From an uncultured Nitrospiraceae bacterium (GTDB lineage Bacteria > Nitrospirota > Thermodesulfovibrionia > Thermodesulfovibrionales > UBA6898): 64,000 bases of DNA. Position 1 is the stretch's first letter, and each line of letters begins with the position of its first letter. The DNA is taken from contig CAWEQH010000004.1 of NCBI GenBank assembly GCA_963811165.1, forward strand, positions 96,001 through 160,000. Reading direction: 5' to 3'. This document shows positions 10,008-20,031 of this stretch, one piece after another. The notes below the pieces were generated by a model. The model was not told the origin of the DNA and did not search any database. It was given only the letters and a program-made list of their open reading frames with translations. Both the position numbers and the translations under genes were made by a program.

Positions 10008-11879
10008 TCACCGCGAGACGGTCAGCAAATTTTCGAGCTCTTCCTCAAATTCTTTTGTCCTGCCTTCGATCTCCATTCGCAAAAGGTCGAGCTTTGCAAA
10101 AAGGGCATCGAGTGCGGCTTTTGAATGGTGGAGTTTTGTTGCGAGGTTTTTTATGGTTTCCTCTTTGCCCTTAAGGGAGGCCTCTCTAATTTCCCCATTT
10201 ATCTGTTCGATCTTTCCTTCCAGCCTTATAATTTCTTTTTCCGCTTCATCAATGCTTTTTTGGAGGGCGCTCATGGTTTTTGATTTTTTATTCAGCAGCT
10301 CCGCCCGCTCACGTCGGAGTTGTTTTTTATTGATGGAATTGTTCCGGGACCCGTTTTTTTTCACACGGGGCGCGCCGGATTCATTTTCACTTTTCCAGCC
10401 GACGCGGTCAAGGAAGTCCTGATACGTTCCTTCAAATAAAGTTACTTCCCCGTCATCAAAGACTATCAGACGGGTGGCCAGTGCGTGGAGCATCATTTCA
10501 CTATGGGTCACTAAAATTACCGCGCCGTTGAACTCATCAATGGCCTCAACCAGGGAATCATTGGATTCCATATCGAGATGGTTCGTAGGCTCATCGAGCA
10601 TGAGCATGTTTGAGGGGCTGACGAGCAGCTTGCCCAGGAGCACACGGCTTTTTTCCCCACCGGAGAGGACGCTGATCTTTTTTAGCGCATGGTCCCCGGG
10701 AAACATCATAATGCCGCATATCTTGCGGGCCGCACCCCGGCCGACGTCAGGATGCACGTCCATAATCTCTTCTTCAACGGTCTTGTGCAGGGTAAGGCGG
10801 TTCACATTCGTCTGGCCGAAATAGGCCGTCTGCAACTGATCGTGATGACCCACAGAGCCGGTTTTTGCTTCCAGTTCTTTTGCAAGCAGATTCAGCAGTG
10901 TCGTTTTCCCCTTGCCGTTTTTCCCGATGATGGCGATGCGGTCCTTTTTCCCGACTGAAAAGGTCAATCCATCAATCAGGGGAGCGCTGCCGTCGTCAAA
11001 AGAAAAAGACAGGTCGTTGACTTCCATGAGCACCTTCCCGGTAAATGTCGCCGATTTGAACGAGAAATCAAGGTCCTTTATCTCCGTCAGTTTTTCGAGG
11101 CGCCCTTTTTTCTGCAGGGCCTTTATTCGCGACTGGACAGCCCTGGCCTTCGTTGCCTTTGCCCTGAACCTGTTTATGAAGTCCTCTGTTTCTTTGCGCT
11201 TCTTATCGTCGTTGACCCTCGTCTTTTCGTGTATCTCTTCTTCCATCAGCAACTGTTGATATACCTTTTCGGTCGGGCCGGCTTCCTTCCGCAGTTTGCA
11301 GCGGTGTATGGCCATGGTGTGCGTAGTCACCCCATCCATGAAATCACGGTCATGGGTAATAATGATGAGCTCTTTCTTCCAGTTGCGCAAAAACTGTGTA
11401 AGCCAGCGAAGAGAGAGGATATCGAGATAATTGGTGGGCTCATCGAGGAGGAGAAGATTGGGGTCGGAGACAAGCACCTTTGCAAGATTAAGGCGGACCT
11501 GGTATCCCCCCGAGAGATCCAGTGGATTGAGCGTCAGATCTTCCAGGGTAAACCCCAGTCCCATGAGAATGGTTTCCGCCTTATAGGTCTCGTCGATCCC
11601 GTCCTCGTTGTCCGGGAGACTCAGACACGCCTCCTTAAGCACAGTGTCTTCCTGGAAGCTGATATGCTGCGAAAGATGACCTATCTTATATCCGTTTGGG
11701 ATACTGATACATCCTGAATCAGGGTGCTCCTGCCCCAGTATCATTTTAAAGAGTGTGGTTTTGCCGTGTCCGTTTCTGCCGACAAGACCGACCCGTTCGC
11801 CCGGATTGAGGGTAAAACCCCCCTTCTCAAAAATGATCTGACGACCGTAACATTTCTCTAGGTTATTTACCTGGATCAC
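10008..11879 (-). CDS. ABC-F family ribosome-associated ATPase
   Basis: Two ABC domains (GRNGHGKTT, GKNGKGKTT, LDEPTN twice), no TM segment, coiled-coil tail. Confidence 0.95.
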   Translation of the reverse strand: MIQVNNLEKCYGRQIIFEKGGFTLNPGERVGLVGRNGHGKTTLFKMILGQEHPDSGCISIPNGYKIGHLSQHISFQEDTVLKEACLSLPDNEDGIDETYKAETILMGLGFTLEDLTLNPLDLSGGYQVRLNLAKVLVSDPNLLLLDEPTNYLDILSLRWLTQFLRNWKKELIIITHDRDFMDGVTTHTMAIHRCKLRKEAGPTEKVYQQLLMEEEIHEKTRVNDDKKRKETEDFINRFRAKATKARAVQSRIKALQKKGRLEKLTEIKDLDFSFKSATFTGKVLMEVNDLSFSFDDGSAPLIDGLTFSVGKKDRIAIIGKNGKGKTTLLNLLAKELEAKTGSVGHHDQLQTAYFGQTNVNRLTLHKTVEEEIMDVHPDVGRGAARKICGIMMFPGDHALKKISVLSGGEKSRVLLGKLLVSPSNMLMLDEPTNHLDMESNDSLVEAIDEFNGAVILVTHSEMMLHALATRLIVFDDGEVTLFEGTYQDFLDRVGWKSENESGAPRVKKNGSRNNSINKKQLRRERAELLNKKSKTMSALQKSIDEAEKEIIRLEGKIEQINGEIREASLKGKEETIKNLATKLHHSKAALDALFAKLDLLRMEIEGRTKEFEEELENLLTVSR

Positions 11880-12141
11880 TTTAATACCTCTCCTTGGATC
11901 TCAAAAAATGAGCAATCCGTCTATCCGGCAAAGACAATTTTATTTCCGACATGCCGCTCTCATACCTCTTTCTTTTTGAAACAAGTGTTATCGATGTAAA
12001 CAGCCCAAGGCGGTTGACTCAGAGGGGAGGTCCTTTAACTTTCAGGCTCTTCCGAACATTCGCGCTTTAATTCAGGCAGGGTAATAATATACATTAAATC
12101 GCGTAAAAAAAGAAAATGGTGGTGTCTTTCTGCCGGGGGGT

Positions 12142-12334
12142 GATAACCCCTCCCTGCCTCCCCTTATCAGGGGAGGATCCGCCCCTTCCCCCTTGATAAG
12201 GGGGGTAGAGGGGGGTTGGATTCCCGACGCGCTTCGCTTGCGGGAATGACAGGTTTAATGTATTTAGTTGTCGAAGCAATAATGAAAAGCGCCCGGGGTA
12301 AGGGGCAGAGCCCCTTTTTCGGGTGCGGGGTGAA
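12142..12334. repeat. near-identical direct copy of 9795-9989
   Basis: About 195 nt aligned by eye with few mismatches. Confidence 0.9.
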
Positions 12335-12366
12335 GCCTCGAGTATGTTTAAGTCTAAAAAGTTACT

Positions 12367-13152
12367 TCAGCAGAAATTCTGCCAGTACAGGTGCTTCAGA
12401 TACTTTGGGAAGTTGATGCCGTGTTTTTGCTGGAGGGTTTTTGCTGCCGGCCTGCGTGCATTGAGGTCCGCGATCGGCGCCGGACCGGTAAAACCGAATA
12501 CGATCGCGTTCCAGCATAAATCGGAGACGGCGAGCTTCATCGCATTATTGCCGAAGGCTTCACGAATGGATGTGTAGAGGGCCGGGAAGTTGTCCTTCGG
12601 CCTTCTCCAAAGATTGATGACGAATACTCCGCCTTCGTCCAGCCGTTCCCTGCACGCAAGTAAAAAATCATTTTCGAGCAAGGCGGCGGCGGGCCCGCTC
12701 TCGTCAAAGGCGTCGACAAGGATCATGTCGTAGGTCCCGCAGCCCTCTTTATTTTGCCTGATGAAGTCCTGGCCGGGCACATGGAATATCCTCAAGTTCG
12801 CGTTTTCCGCCCGGATGAGAAAGTGGTCGCGTGCAAGGTCGATCACCTTTTGTCTTATCTCAACGATGTCCAGGGCGCACGCGGGAAAGGCAGTCAGGAG
12901 GAAGTTTGCGAGCGAACAGCCGCCGAGGCCGACAAGAAGAACGTTTCGGGGATCGTCTTTGAATATGAGCGAGCTTATCATCGCCTGGTTATACTCGTGG
13001 ATAAGGTGAGCGGGTCGGTCGAGCCTTATGCAGCTCTGAAGAACGTCTTCGAAGTAGAGCGACCTGATCACGCCGTCGTCGGCGACGATGATTTCGCCGA
13101 ACTCGTCCCGGCAGTGCTCGACAATGGTCCCATCGATCTTTCTTCCGCTCAC
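12367..13152 (-). CDS. spermidine-synthase-like SAM-dependent methyltransferase
   Basis: LLVGLGGCSL, DIVEI, YDMILVDAFD. Confidence 0.85.
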   Translation of the reverse strand: MSGRKIDGTIVEHCRDEFGEIIVADDGVIRSLYFEDVLQSCIRLDRPAHLIHEYNQAMISSLIFKDDPRNVLLVGLGGCSLANFLLTAFPACALDIVEIRQKVIDLARDHFLIRAENANLRIFHVPGQDFIRQNKEGCGTYDMILVDAFDESGPAAALLENDFLLACRERLDEGGVFVINLWRRPKDNFPALYTSIREAFGNNAMKLAVSDLCWNAIVFGFTGPAPIADLNARRPAAKTLQQKHGINFPKYLKHLYWQNFC

Positions 13153-13263
13153 CCGGAATTATATCAGATTTCTCACATGGAGGTCGTTATCGGGTGATTT
13201 ATCCGGCGCTTGGCTTTACGCACCGGGATTGAACAATGGATCGGGCCGTGGTAAGGTGAAGGC

Positions 13264-13425
13264 ATGAAGATTGGAGCATGTGTGTTGACCGGGATCCTTG
13301 GCATTGCAGCGGTTGCCGGAGTATTCGAAGCCCTGGCTTCTCCTCGTAAGAAGAAGGAGACGGAGGAGAAGAAAGAAGAGGGGGAAGCGAAGGCGCCTGA
13401 GGGCGGCAATTGCGATGGGCTTTAG
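13264..13425 (+). CDS. 53-aa small membrane-anchored protein (not in ORF track)
   Basis: MKIGACVLTGILGIAAVAGVFEALASPRKKKETEEKKEE...; purine-rich RBS upstream. Confidence 0.5.
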   Translation: MKIGACVLTGILGIAAVAGVFEALASPRKKKETEEKKEEGEAKAPEGGNCDGL

Positions 13426-13491
13426 GGGGGCACGGGGGGGGGAACTCCGCGGTTAGAGAATGTATTTTTCCGTCTCTAAAAATCTTTAGAG

Positions 13492-13674
13492 ACGGGGCTT
13501 TGCCCCAGACCCCAGTTACCTTTCTTAACGTAAAGAAGTCCGCCCCGACGAACCTTACCGGGCGGTTCGCACTGCCGTCCTCGGTAGATTTTAGGAACTC
13601 GCCCTTCGGTCTCAGACAGCCTAAAATCTTTCACCCTGCGGGCGGCAGCACTCACCTGGAAGTTTCGAAGGGGA
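13492..13674 (+). repeat. structured repeat arm B
   Basis: Shares GTCCTCGGTAGATTTTAGGAACTCGCC...CTCAGACAGCCTAAAATCTTT with 26400-26600 and 50436-50634. Confidence 0.88.
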
Positions 13675-13792
13675 TAGAGAACTCATAATACCAATAAAAG
13701 CCATGGTGTCATTCCGGCTCGTTGGGAATCTTTCTTAGTCCCTCATCGAGAGGGGTGAAAGGGAGCGCCCGGAAGGACTCCGGCGGCCGACT

Positions 13793-14395
13793 TTACCGGG
13801 AAATTTTATTTTTAATTTGCTGCACAGCCTGGTTGTTTAACAATTTCATAAATTTCGGATTAGCTGTCAGGGCGGCGATGTCGCCTGCCTGCACGGCCTT
13901 AATGACTTCAGGGTCATGAAGAATCTCCTGAAAATCCGGATCGCTCTGCAGGGATTTGAGCATGCTCATGATATCGGCGTCGCCCATCATCTTTTGCTGA
14001 ACGGACTTAATCTGGTCTCCGGTGTCTTCGCCGCCCGGACTTTTCGTCCGGATGGCGCGAATTTTGGATTCCCTGATCTGTATGGTCCCCAGAGTCTCCG
14101 ATTTGACCGTATACACGCCTTTCGACAAAGAAACAATCTCTCCGGAGATGACGCTTCCGTCTGTGAGTTCGAGTTCCCGCAACTCAGAAGCCAGCACCGA
14201 ACTAGTGCTTACAATCAGTCCGCATAATATCAGGATGAGGTATTTCAGAAAACTTCTCACGAAATATATTACCCCTTTCCCATGAACTTTCGCAAAGTGC
14301 CGCCGGGTGTTTCGGATCATGTTGATTTGTTTGGCTGATCGATATTTGAAATATGCCACCACCTGCATGAGCTCTTTCGTAGGGGCGTAATTCAT
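13793..14395 (-). CDS. exported hypothetical protein with STI1-like DP/NP tail (true start probably near 14260)
   Basis: Signal-peptide-like YLILILCGLIVSTSSVLA; DPDFQ..DPEV..NPKF. Confidence 0.6.
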   Translation of the reverse strand: MNYAPTKELMQVVAYFKYRSAKQINMIRNTRRHFAKVHGKGVIYFVRSFLKYLILILCGLIVSTSSVLASELRELELTDGSVISGEIVSLSKGVYTVKSETLGTIQIRESKIRAIRTKSPGGEDTGDQIKSVQQKMMGDADIMSMLKSLQSDPDFQEILHDPEVIKAVQAGDIAALTANPKFMKLLNNQAVQQIKNKISR

Positions 14396-14451
14396 TACGC
14401 CATGTTTGCCTCAGGTTTAATCAATTCTCGTTTTCAAGGCTGATCCCGGGG

Positions 14452-14844
14452 TCAGGCATCGATATACATCTCCTTTCCCTCGCTCAGTCTGAGCCAGCCT
14501 TTGACTATCCTGTAGATTATCCAGACAAGATCGAATGCGAGGAGGGCGAAACCGATGCCGATCAGAACGGTGAGGGCACCGACTGCGCCCCAGAGGAGGC
14601 CGAACCAGAAGGTCCTGATCTGCCAGCGAAAGTGGGAGGCAAGCCAGGTGCCCTGCACCTCCTCTTGCTTAAGGTAGTTGATGATGATCGCCGCGATGCT
14701 CGTGACGCCGAGCAAAAAGGAGCCTGCCTGCAGGGCGTAGACGATCATTGTAACCGTCTTTGACTGCTTGAGCGGGTCGACCGGGGATGATCTTCCCTGC
14801 CCCTCTTCTTCATGACCGTTCATCATACCCTTCTCAGAGAACAT
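14452..14844 (-). CDS. DUF4870-like membrane protein
   Basis: SHFRWQIRTFW, WIIYRIVKGW. Confidence 0.8.
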   Translation of the reverse strand: MFSEKGMMNGHEEEGQGRSSPVDPLKQSKTVTMIVYALQAGSFLLGVTSIAAIIINYLKQEEVQGTWLASHFRWQIRTFWFGLLWGAVGALTVLIGIGFALLAFDLVWIIYRIVKGWLRLSEGKEMYIDA

Positions 14845-15491
14845 TATAGCGCTTTTTCTTTTTCTGAAATACGCCTACATGAGGGGTTTTCCTCGTCTTC
14901 ATCCCATTTTAATGGATTGTATCTGATATATTCCCGGATTGGGTGCAGTTCCGATTCATTACGGATGATGTGTTCGTAATAATTACGCTGCCAGAGGGGA
15001 TATCCCCGACGGTCAAAATGACGATTTACCGCAATGGTTGAAACGGATTTGAATGTGCGCATAATGTCGCCTAGCGTAGGGGCGTGATTTATTGCATCAG
15101 GATTCGTGAGGTTGTTTTTTGTAGGGGCGCTGCTTGCTGCGCCCTTTCGTTTTGGTTTGATTTCGCATGTTCTGCTGGGCGGGGAATCGGGCCTCGTACC
15201 GGGCAGGGCAAGCCCTGCCCCTACATTTAATACGATAATCCCATGGATGTGGTTCGGCATTATCACAAATTCATCTAATTCTATCGAGGCGAACCTGTCT
15301 GGCAGGTTGCGCCAGATATGTGAAATAATCTCTCCGACATCGCTATAGCTGATTTTTCCTTCGGAGATTTTCCCGAACATGTTCTCTTTTCTCCACGCAC
15401 ACACCGTCACAAAATACGCCCCGGCATCGGAATAATCGTAATCCTTCAGGCGGATCGATCGGCGGTGATGGATGTCAGGATGGTATGTCAT
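14844..15491 (-). mobile_element. REP-associated tyrosine transposase (RAYT, Y1 HUH family)
   Basis: RRSIRLKDYDYS, MPNHIH (HUH), WQRNYYEHIIR, YIRYNP; GTAG-type REPs within and beside the gene. Confidence 0.92.
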
Positions 15492-15574
15492 TTTGTGTCT
15501 TGTACGGGCAATGCCCCTACGTGCCGCGCCCTCTGTGTCATGTGATCCCTCTTTCCCCTTGCGAGAAGCCAGTC

Positions 15575-16158
15575 GCGCTTATTGTACTTTATTGCGTTAT
15601 TCTTCGCCAGGTCTGCGGGGTATTTCTTTTCGTTCAGTTCGACCTTGTCGAGGACCGCTTTTTCGATGTCGATGTATAGCCAGATATACGATCAGGCTTT
15701 CAGAAATGTCCGGGGTGAGAGGATGTTTAAGTCAAAAAGGCAAGTCCTCAATCTCAAGCAGGTCTTTGCTTTCTCCTCACCGATTTAACGGCATTGTCAA
15801 TGTCCTTCATCGACAGCTTGCTCTTTTTGAAAGCTTCCCGTGCTACGTCGAAGGCTGCATTCAGCCGGTCCTCAGGAGAAAGGGCGGAGAGGATAAAATC
15901 CTCAGGGCTCACTTTTTTTACCGCAATTCCCATCTTCTTCCCTCGCTATAGATTTATTTGATGAATTATACCATATGCCGTAACAATCGGCTCAGGGCCG
16001 TCATCGGGCAGAACGTCCGTGAGCTACTGGAAGATTTCGACGAGTTCGGCGGCTTCGGCCGCCAGTGCTATCGAGAGGTTTTTAGGAGAATGGAACTGGT
16101 CCCAGTTTCGCGCCTGGGCGAATTGGGCAAGTTTATTTCTGATCTCGTCTAAATTCAT
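15575..16158 (-). pseudogene. MazG-like nucleotide pyrophosphohydrolase, split
   Basis: N-part RNWDQFHSPKNLSIALAAEAAELVEIFQ* and C-part IDIEKAVLDKVELNEKKYP separated by foreign DNA. Confidence 0.8.
15692..15933 (-). pseudogene. decayed antitoxin plus PIN-toxin C-terminal remnant
   Basis: ...AFKKSKLSMKDIDNAVKSVRRK joined to KDLLEIEDLP...ILSPRTFL*. Confidence 0.5.
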
Positions 16159-16183
16159 ATTAGTCTGAAAAGTAAGCTGTCCC

Positions 16184-17089
16184 CTAAAACTCTTTTTGAC
16201 AATCGAAACAATATGCTCTTCCGCCAAATTTCTTTTTATTGTCCCAGCAGAATTTAGCTACTTTCTCGGTGAGGGGCTTTTTGCATTTAAAACAGTAGAA
16301 TTGCTTCATAGGCTCTGGTTGTTCTAAGTTGGGTGCCTGGCTCCGTCGGGGCGGAACATCCTCGATACCAAACCTCTTACGATAATCGATCTTTATAGGC
16401 TTATGCCTGGCGGCGAGACGCTTCGCAATCTCTACTACGGTCTCAAAAGACATGGTCTTACTCACAGCGGAAAGTACGGCCCCGGTACTCATTTTCTCCG
16501 CTCTCTTCTCGATTGTGGAAGCCAGGCCGTCTGCTTTTATTATCATTGTAGTGTCGAATTTCTTTTCAGAGGGCCTGACCACCCGAGATGTTGCCGAGAC
16601 CAAAACATAATTATAGAAAGTCGGTTTCATAGTTAGCCCAAGCCTTTTCGGCAAAATATCATACTGCTCCATAATCCCTTCCAGTACGCGTTGGTGGCGG
16701 TTATTTTGTTCGATAGGTGATTCGATGGCAAGATATTTTCCGTTATAACTGACCAAAAACTCCCCACTTTCCGCTATCTTTACGCCGTAAGAAAAATTCT
16801 TGGTCTCTAAAATGTATACATCAAGAAATTTATTGATGAGCAAGTGATCAATTTGAGCAACCCTGTCGCGATGTTCTAGTCTCAGATCATGGATAACAGC
16901 CCAACGTTTCGAAGGGCCGTAATCAAAGTCGATGAAGTATGCAGAATCCTTTTCCCCCTTATCGCCGGATTTGATAAATCTCAATTCCCGCTCGATAAGG
17001 AATCTCTTGTTGTCAGGAAGAGGCAAGGACAACAGTGAAGTGAGTTCTTTGATGTCTGCTTCTTTTGAATCGCGTTTCTTTATGATCAT
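16184..17089 (-). CDS. NERD-domain nuclease with C-terminal Zn finger
   Basis: GEKDSAY, QIDHLLI, ETKN, SPIEQN; CxxC...CxxC tail. Confidence 0.88.
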   Translation of the reverse strand: MIIKKRDSKEADIKELTSLLSLPLPDNKRFLIERELRFIKSGDKGEKDSAYFIDFDYGPSKRWAVIHDLRLEHRDRVAQIDHLLINKFLDVYILETKNFSYGVKIAESGEFLVSYNGKYLAIESPIEQNNRHQRVLEGIMEQYDILPKRLGLTMKPTFYNYVLVSATSRVVRPSEKKFDTTMIIKADGLASTIEKRAEKMSTGAVLSAVSKTMSFETVVEIAKRLAARHKPIKIDYRKRFGIEDVPPRRSQAPNLEQPEPMKQFYCFKCKKPLTEKVAKFCWDNKKKFGGRAYCFDCQKEF

Positions 17090-17135
17090 ATCAATTAAAC
17101 GTAGCCTCTTTCTTTACTCTTATCCATACTAGGGC

Positions 17136-18632
17136 TTACTCGTCGCCCCCCAAATCCTCCGCAATCAGTTTAAATTGTTCCAGTGCCGCCTCAAGGTCAT
17201 CTACGATCTCGCGGGCAATGATGCCGGGGTCGGGGAGATTGTCGGAGTCCGCGAGGCTTTCGTCTCTGAGCCAGAAGATGTCGAGGCTTGCCTTGTCGCG
17301 GTTGATCAGCTCATCGTAATCGTATGATCGCCAGCGGCCTTCGGGCTTCTTCTCCGACCAGGTCGCCTTACGCTGATGGCGATTCTCCGGTTTATAGCAT
17401 TTTACGAACTCGTCCAGGTCTTCGCGCTTAAGCGGGTTTGTCTTTAGCGTGAAGTCGATGTTTGTCCTGAAGTCGTATATCCAGAGCTTCTTTGTCCACG
17501 GCGTTTCAGAGGCAGGCTTTTTGTCGAAGAAAAGGACGTTTGCCTTTACTCCCTGTGCATAGAAAAGGCCGGTCGGCAGACGTAGGAGCGTATGCACGTC
17601 GCATTCATGAAGTAGCTTGCGGCGGACTGTCTCGCCCGCACCTCCTTCGAAGAGGACATTATCAGGCACGACGATGGCAGCACGGCCGTGTTGTTTCAGG
17701 AGAGTCTTTACATGCTGGACGAAATTAAGCTGCTTGTTCGAGGTCGTTGCCCAGAAATCTTCCCGCTCGATCGTCTCTTTCTCCTTATATGGCTTCCCGT
17801 CTGCGCCGATTATGGTCGTGCTGCTCTTCTTGCCGAAGGGCGGATTAGTCAGCACCATATCGAACCGGTCGCCTGGGTCTGACGCGAGGGAGTCCGAGAC
17901 TATCAGCGGCAGTTTGCCGCCGTTCGTGCCTATGCCGTGGAGCATCATGTTCATGGCGCAGAGGCGGGCGGTGTTATGGACCAGCTCCCAGCCTCGGAGG
18001 GCGTCTTCCTTGAGAAACTTCTTTTCGTCCTTCGTCATGGTCGGGAAGTTGTGGATAATATAGTCGTGGGAAGCAAGAAGAAAGCCGCCCGTACCGCAGG
18101 CAGGATCGCAGATCGTTTCCTTCGGCTTTGGGGCCATGCAATCGACGATGGCCTTGATCAGCGGTCGGGGAGTGAAATACTGTCCTGCACCTGATTTGGT
18201 GTCCTGGGCGTTCTTTTCAAGGAGTCCTTCATAGGCGTCGCCTTTTACATCCGCGCTCATGACCGACCAGTTTTCCTTATCGATGAGATCAACTATCAAA
18301 CGGCGAAGCTTTGCAGGGTCCTGGAATTTGTTCTGAGCCTTGCCGAAGATGAGACCTAATAGGTTCCCTTTCTTGCCTAGTTCTTCCAGCATGTGGCGGT
18401 AATGATCGAAAAGTGTATCTCCGTCTCTTTTCAGAAGAGCAGGCCAGTCGTAGCCTGAAGGGACGGAGCTTTTCTGGTTGTAAGGTTGCTTTGTCCGCTC
18501 ATCCGCCATCTTGAGAAAAAGGAGATAGGTGAGCTGTTCGACATAGTCGCCATAACTCATCCCGTCGTCCCGAAGGACGTTACAGTAGTTCCAGAGTTTT
18601 TGAACGATTGCGGCAGAGCCGTTTGTGCTCAT
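17136..18632 (-). CDS. hsdM: type I RM methyltransferase subunit (N6-adenine)
   Basis: GQYFTPR, DPACGTGG, NPPF. Confidence 0.96.
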   Translation of the reverse strand: MSTNGSAAIVQKLWNYCNVLRDDGMSYGDYVEQLTYLLFLKMADERTKQPYNQKSSVPSGYDWPALLKRDGDTLFDHYRHMLEELGKKGNLLGLIFGKAQNKFQDPAKLRRLIVDLIDKENWSVMSADVKGDAYEGLLEKNAQDTKSGAGQYFTPRPLIKAIVDCMAPKPKETICDPACGTGGFLLASHDYIIHNFPTMTKDEKKFLKEDALRGWELVHNTARLCAMNMMLHGIGTNGGKLPLIVSDSLASDPGDRFDMVLTNPPFGKKSSTTIIGADGKPYKEKETIEREDFWATTSNKQLNFVQHVKTLLKQHGRAAIVVPDNVLFEGGAGETVRRKLLHECDVHTLLRLPTGLFYAQGVKANVLFFDKKPASETPWTKKLWIYDFRTNIDFTLKTNPLKREDLDEFVKCYKPENRHQRKATWSEKKPEGRWRSYDYDELINRDKASLDIFWLRDESLADSDNLPDPGIIAREIVDDLEAALEQFKLIAEDLGGDE

Positions 18633-19232
18633 TTTGTCTTCCTGGCCTGAGTTCGGACTTTATAGAGTCTTTCCGTAAAGCCGCCCTCTTCGACAAACTG
18701 TTGTTCAAGCTTCCGAAGCTGCCGCCCAAGGAGATAGCTCGCCTGGTTGATCAGACAGATAAGCGTGTTTGCCGAAACTTCAGGGGAAGCTGTCTTCAAA
18801 GAATAGGGGTCCGACGTGTCAGACGCCTGCGCCCGGTCCGACTGCTTGTCCGACTCGTCAGATGAATACTTTTTCCTGACTGCAAGGGCCTCGGGCGAAT
18901 CCTTCGCCCAGAGGCGAAGGCCCTTCCGTCGAAGAAAGGCCTGATAATCGAGCAGCAGTTCTTCCAGACTTGCACGGGCAACCCCGGTCAGCTTGAGTTC
19001 TGTTTTTTTCGAGGTTGCCGAGCGCCATGCTGCCTTCGGCGATGTTCTGCACACCGCTTCGAGCCGCTTGCACCATCTGGTCGTGCGTGCGCGACCGCTT
19101 GTCGATGAACCGGTCGCAAAATGCGACCGTAGCGTCATAGACGAGTTCAGCCGTCTGGTAGGAGCGCAATTTGCGGTATCCTCCATGCCGGGGGATGAGA
19201 GTCGGTATTGGATTTTCGTTCTTATCGTTCAT
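18629..19232 (-). CDS. four-helix-bundle protein with suffix domain (one +1 frameshift near 19022)
   Basis: HGGYRKLRSY, DQMVQAARSGVQNIAEGS joined to VARASLEELLLDY...GGFTERLY. Confidence 0.85.
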
Positions 19233-19262
19233 GGCCTGTCCGTAGTATATATAATTTGCGAA

Positions 19263-19336
19263 AGCTGTTCGACATAGTCGCCGTAGCTCATGCTGTCGTC
19301 GCGGAGGACGTTACAGTAGTTCCAGAGTTTTTGGAC
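19263..19336 (-). pseudogene. duplicated 5' fragment of hsdM
   Basis: Encodes VQKLWNYCNVLRDDSMSYGDYVEQL, a diverged copy of 18532-18605. Confidence 0.9.
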
Positions 19337-19365
19337 ATGGTGCAGGTGTCTTTTATATCCTTTTT

Positions 19366-20031
19366 TCAACGCCGTCGGTATAGCTGGTTTATTATCTCCG
19401 AAACTAACTCAATAGTTCCTAGAACTTGATCATGTAACAGTATAGCCCCATGAGCATAATGATTCCTTATTTCTGGTAGAGTTTCCAACAATATTTTCGC
19501 ATAATGAATGTTTCTATCCACATCAGTTATTTGCACCTTCGAATAATCCAGTTCTATACTTTTTAATCCTTTTTCCATCATCTCTTGAATTTTTTCTCCA
19601 GAATAGCGCGCCATCGCTCTTCTTTCGACAACCTCATGCCATCTCTGAAAGCCATCATTTTTGATATCACCTTTATCTATGGCGTATTTCAATAAAAACT
19701 TCAACCCTGGTTTCTTAGACAGTTCCTTTTCATACCGCGTGCGAAGTGCTAATTCCAGACATGTAAACGCGTGGTGTTCAGCTACGGGATAAAATCTGTA
19801 AATAAACCATGCGTAAAGACATAAGTTCTTTGCTGTTTCAAATTGCACAGCTATATCTTCTGGCACGCTGGCATGAAGTTCTATTTGCGAGATTGCTTTG
19901 TAATGATCAGTAATGTCATAGGGGCGATCGTTTTGATCGAAAACAACATAAACTGCATTCCGTGGGTCAGGCTCAAAAATATATTCTAAAGATCGTAGAG
20001 ATTCCGGATTAAATTTTTTGGCATGATTCAT
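19366..20031 (-). CDS. HEPN-motif (RxxxxH) protein
   Basis: LELALR near the middle and IRNHYAHG near the C-terminus; visibly AT-rich. Confidence 0.65.
   Translation of the reverse strand: MNHAKKFNPESLRSLEYIFEPDPRNAVYVVFDQNDRPYDITDHYKAISQIELHASVPEDIAVQFETAKNLCLYAWFIYRFYPVAEHHAFTCLELALRTRYEKELSKKPGLKFLLKYAIDKGDIKNDGFQRWHEVVERRAMARYSGEKIQEMMEKGLKSIELDYSKVQITDVDRNIHYAKILLETLPEIRNHYAHGAILLHDQVLGTIELVSEIINQLYRRR

Noticed and set aside
9675..12416. Small ORFs over the repeats (9675-9932, 9820-10011, 12094-12279, 12216-12416; likewise 13410-13688 and 25866-26309)
   Set aside because: They are translations of palindromic repeats, not credible proteins
9001..13674. Repeats as a CRISPR array
   Set aside because: No regular repeat-spacer period and no cas genes; these are dispersed palindromic elements
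18629..19232. Four-helix-bundle gene as a DGR Avd
   Set aside because: No reverse transcriptase or TR/VR pair in the window
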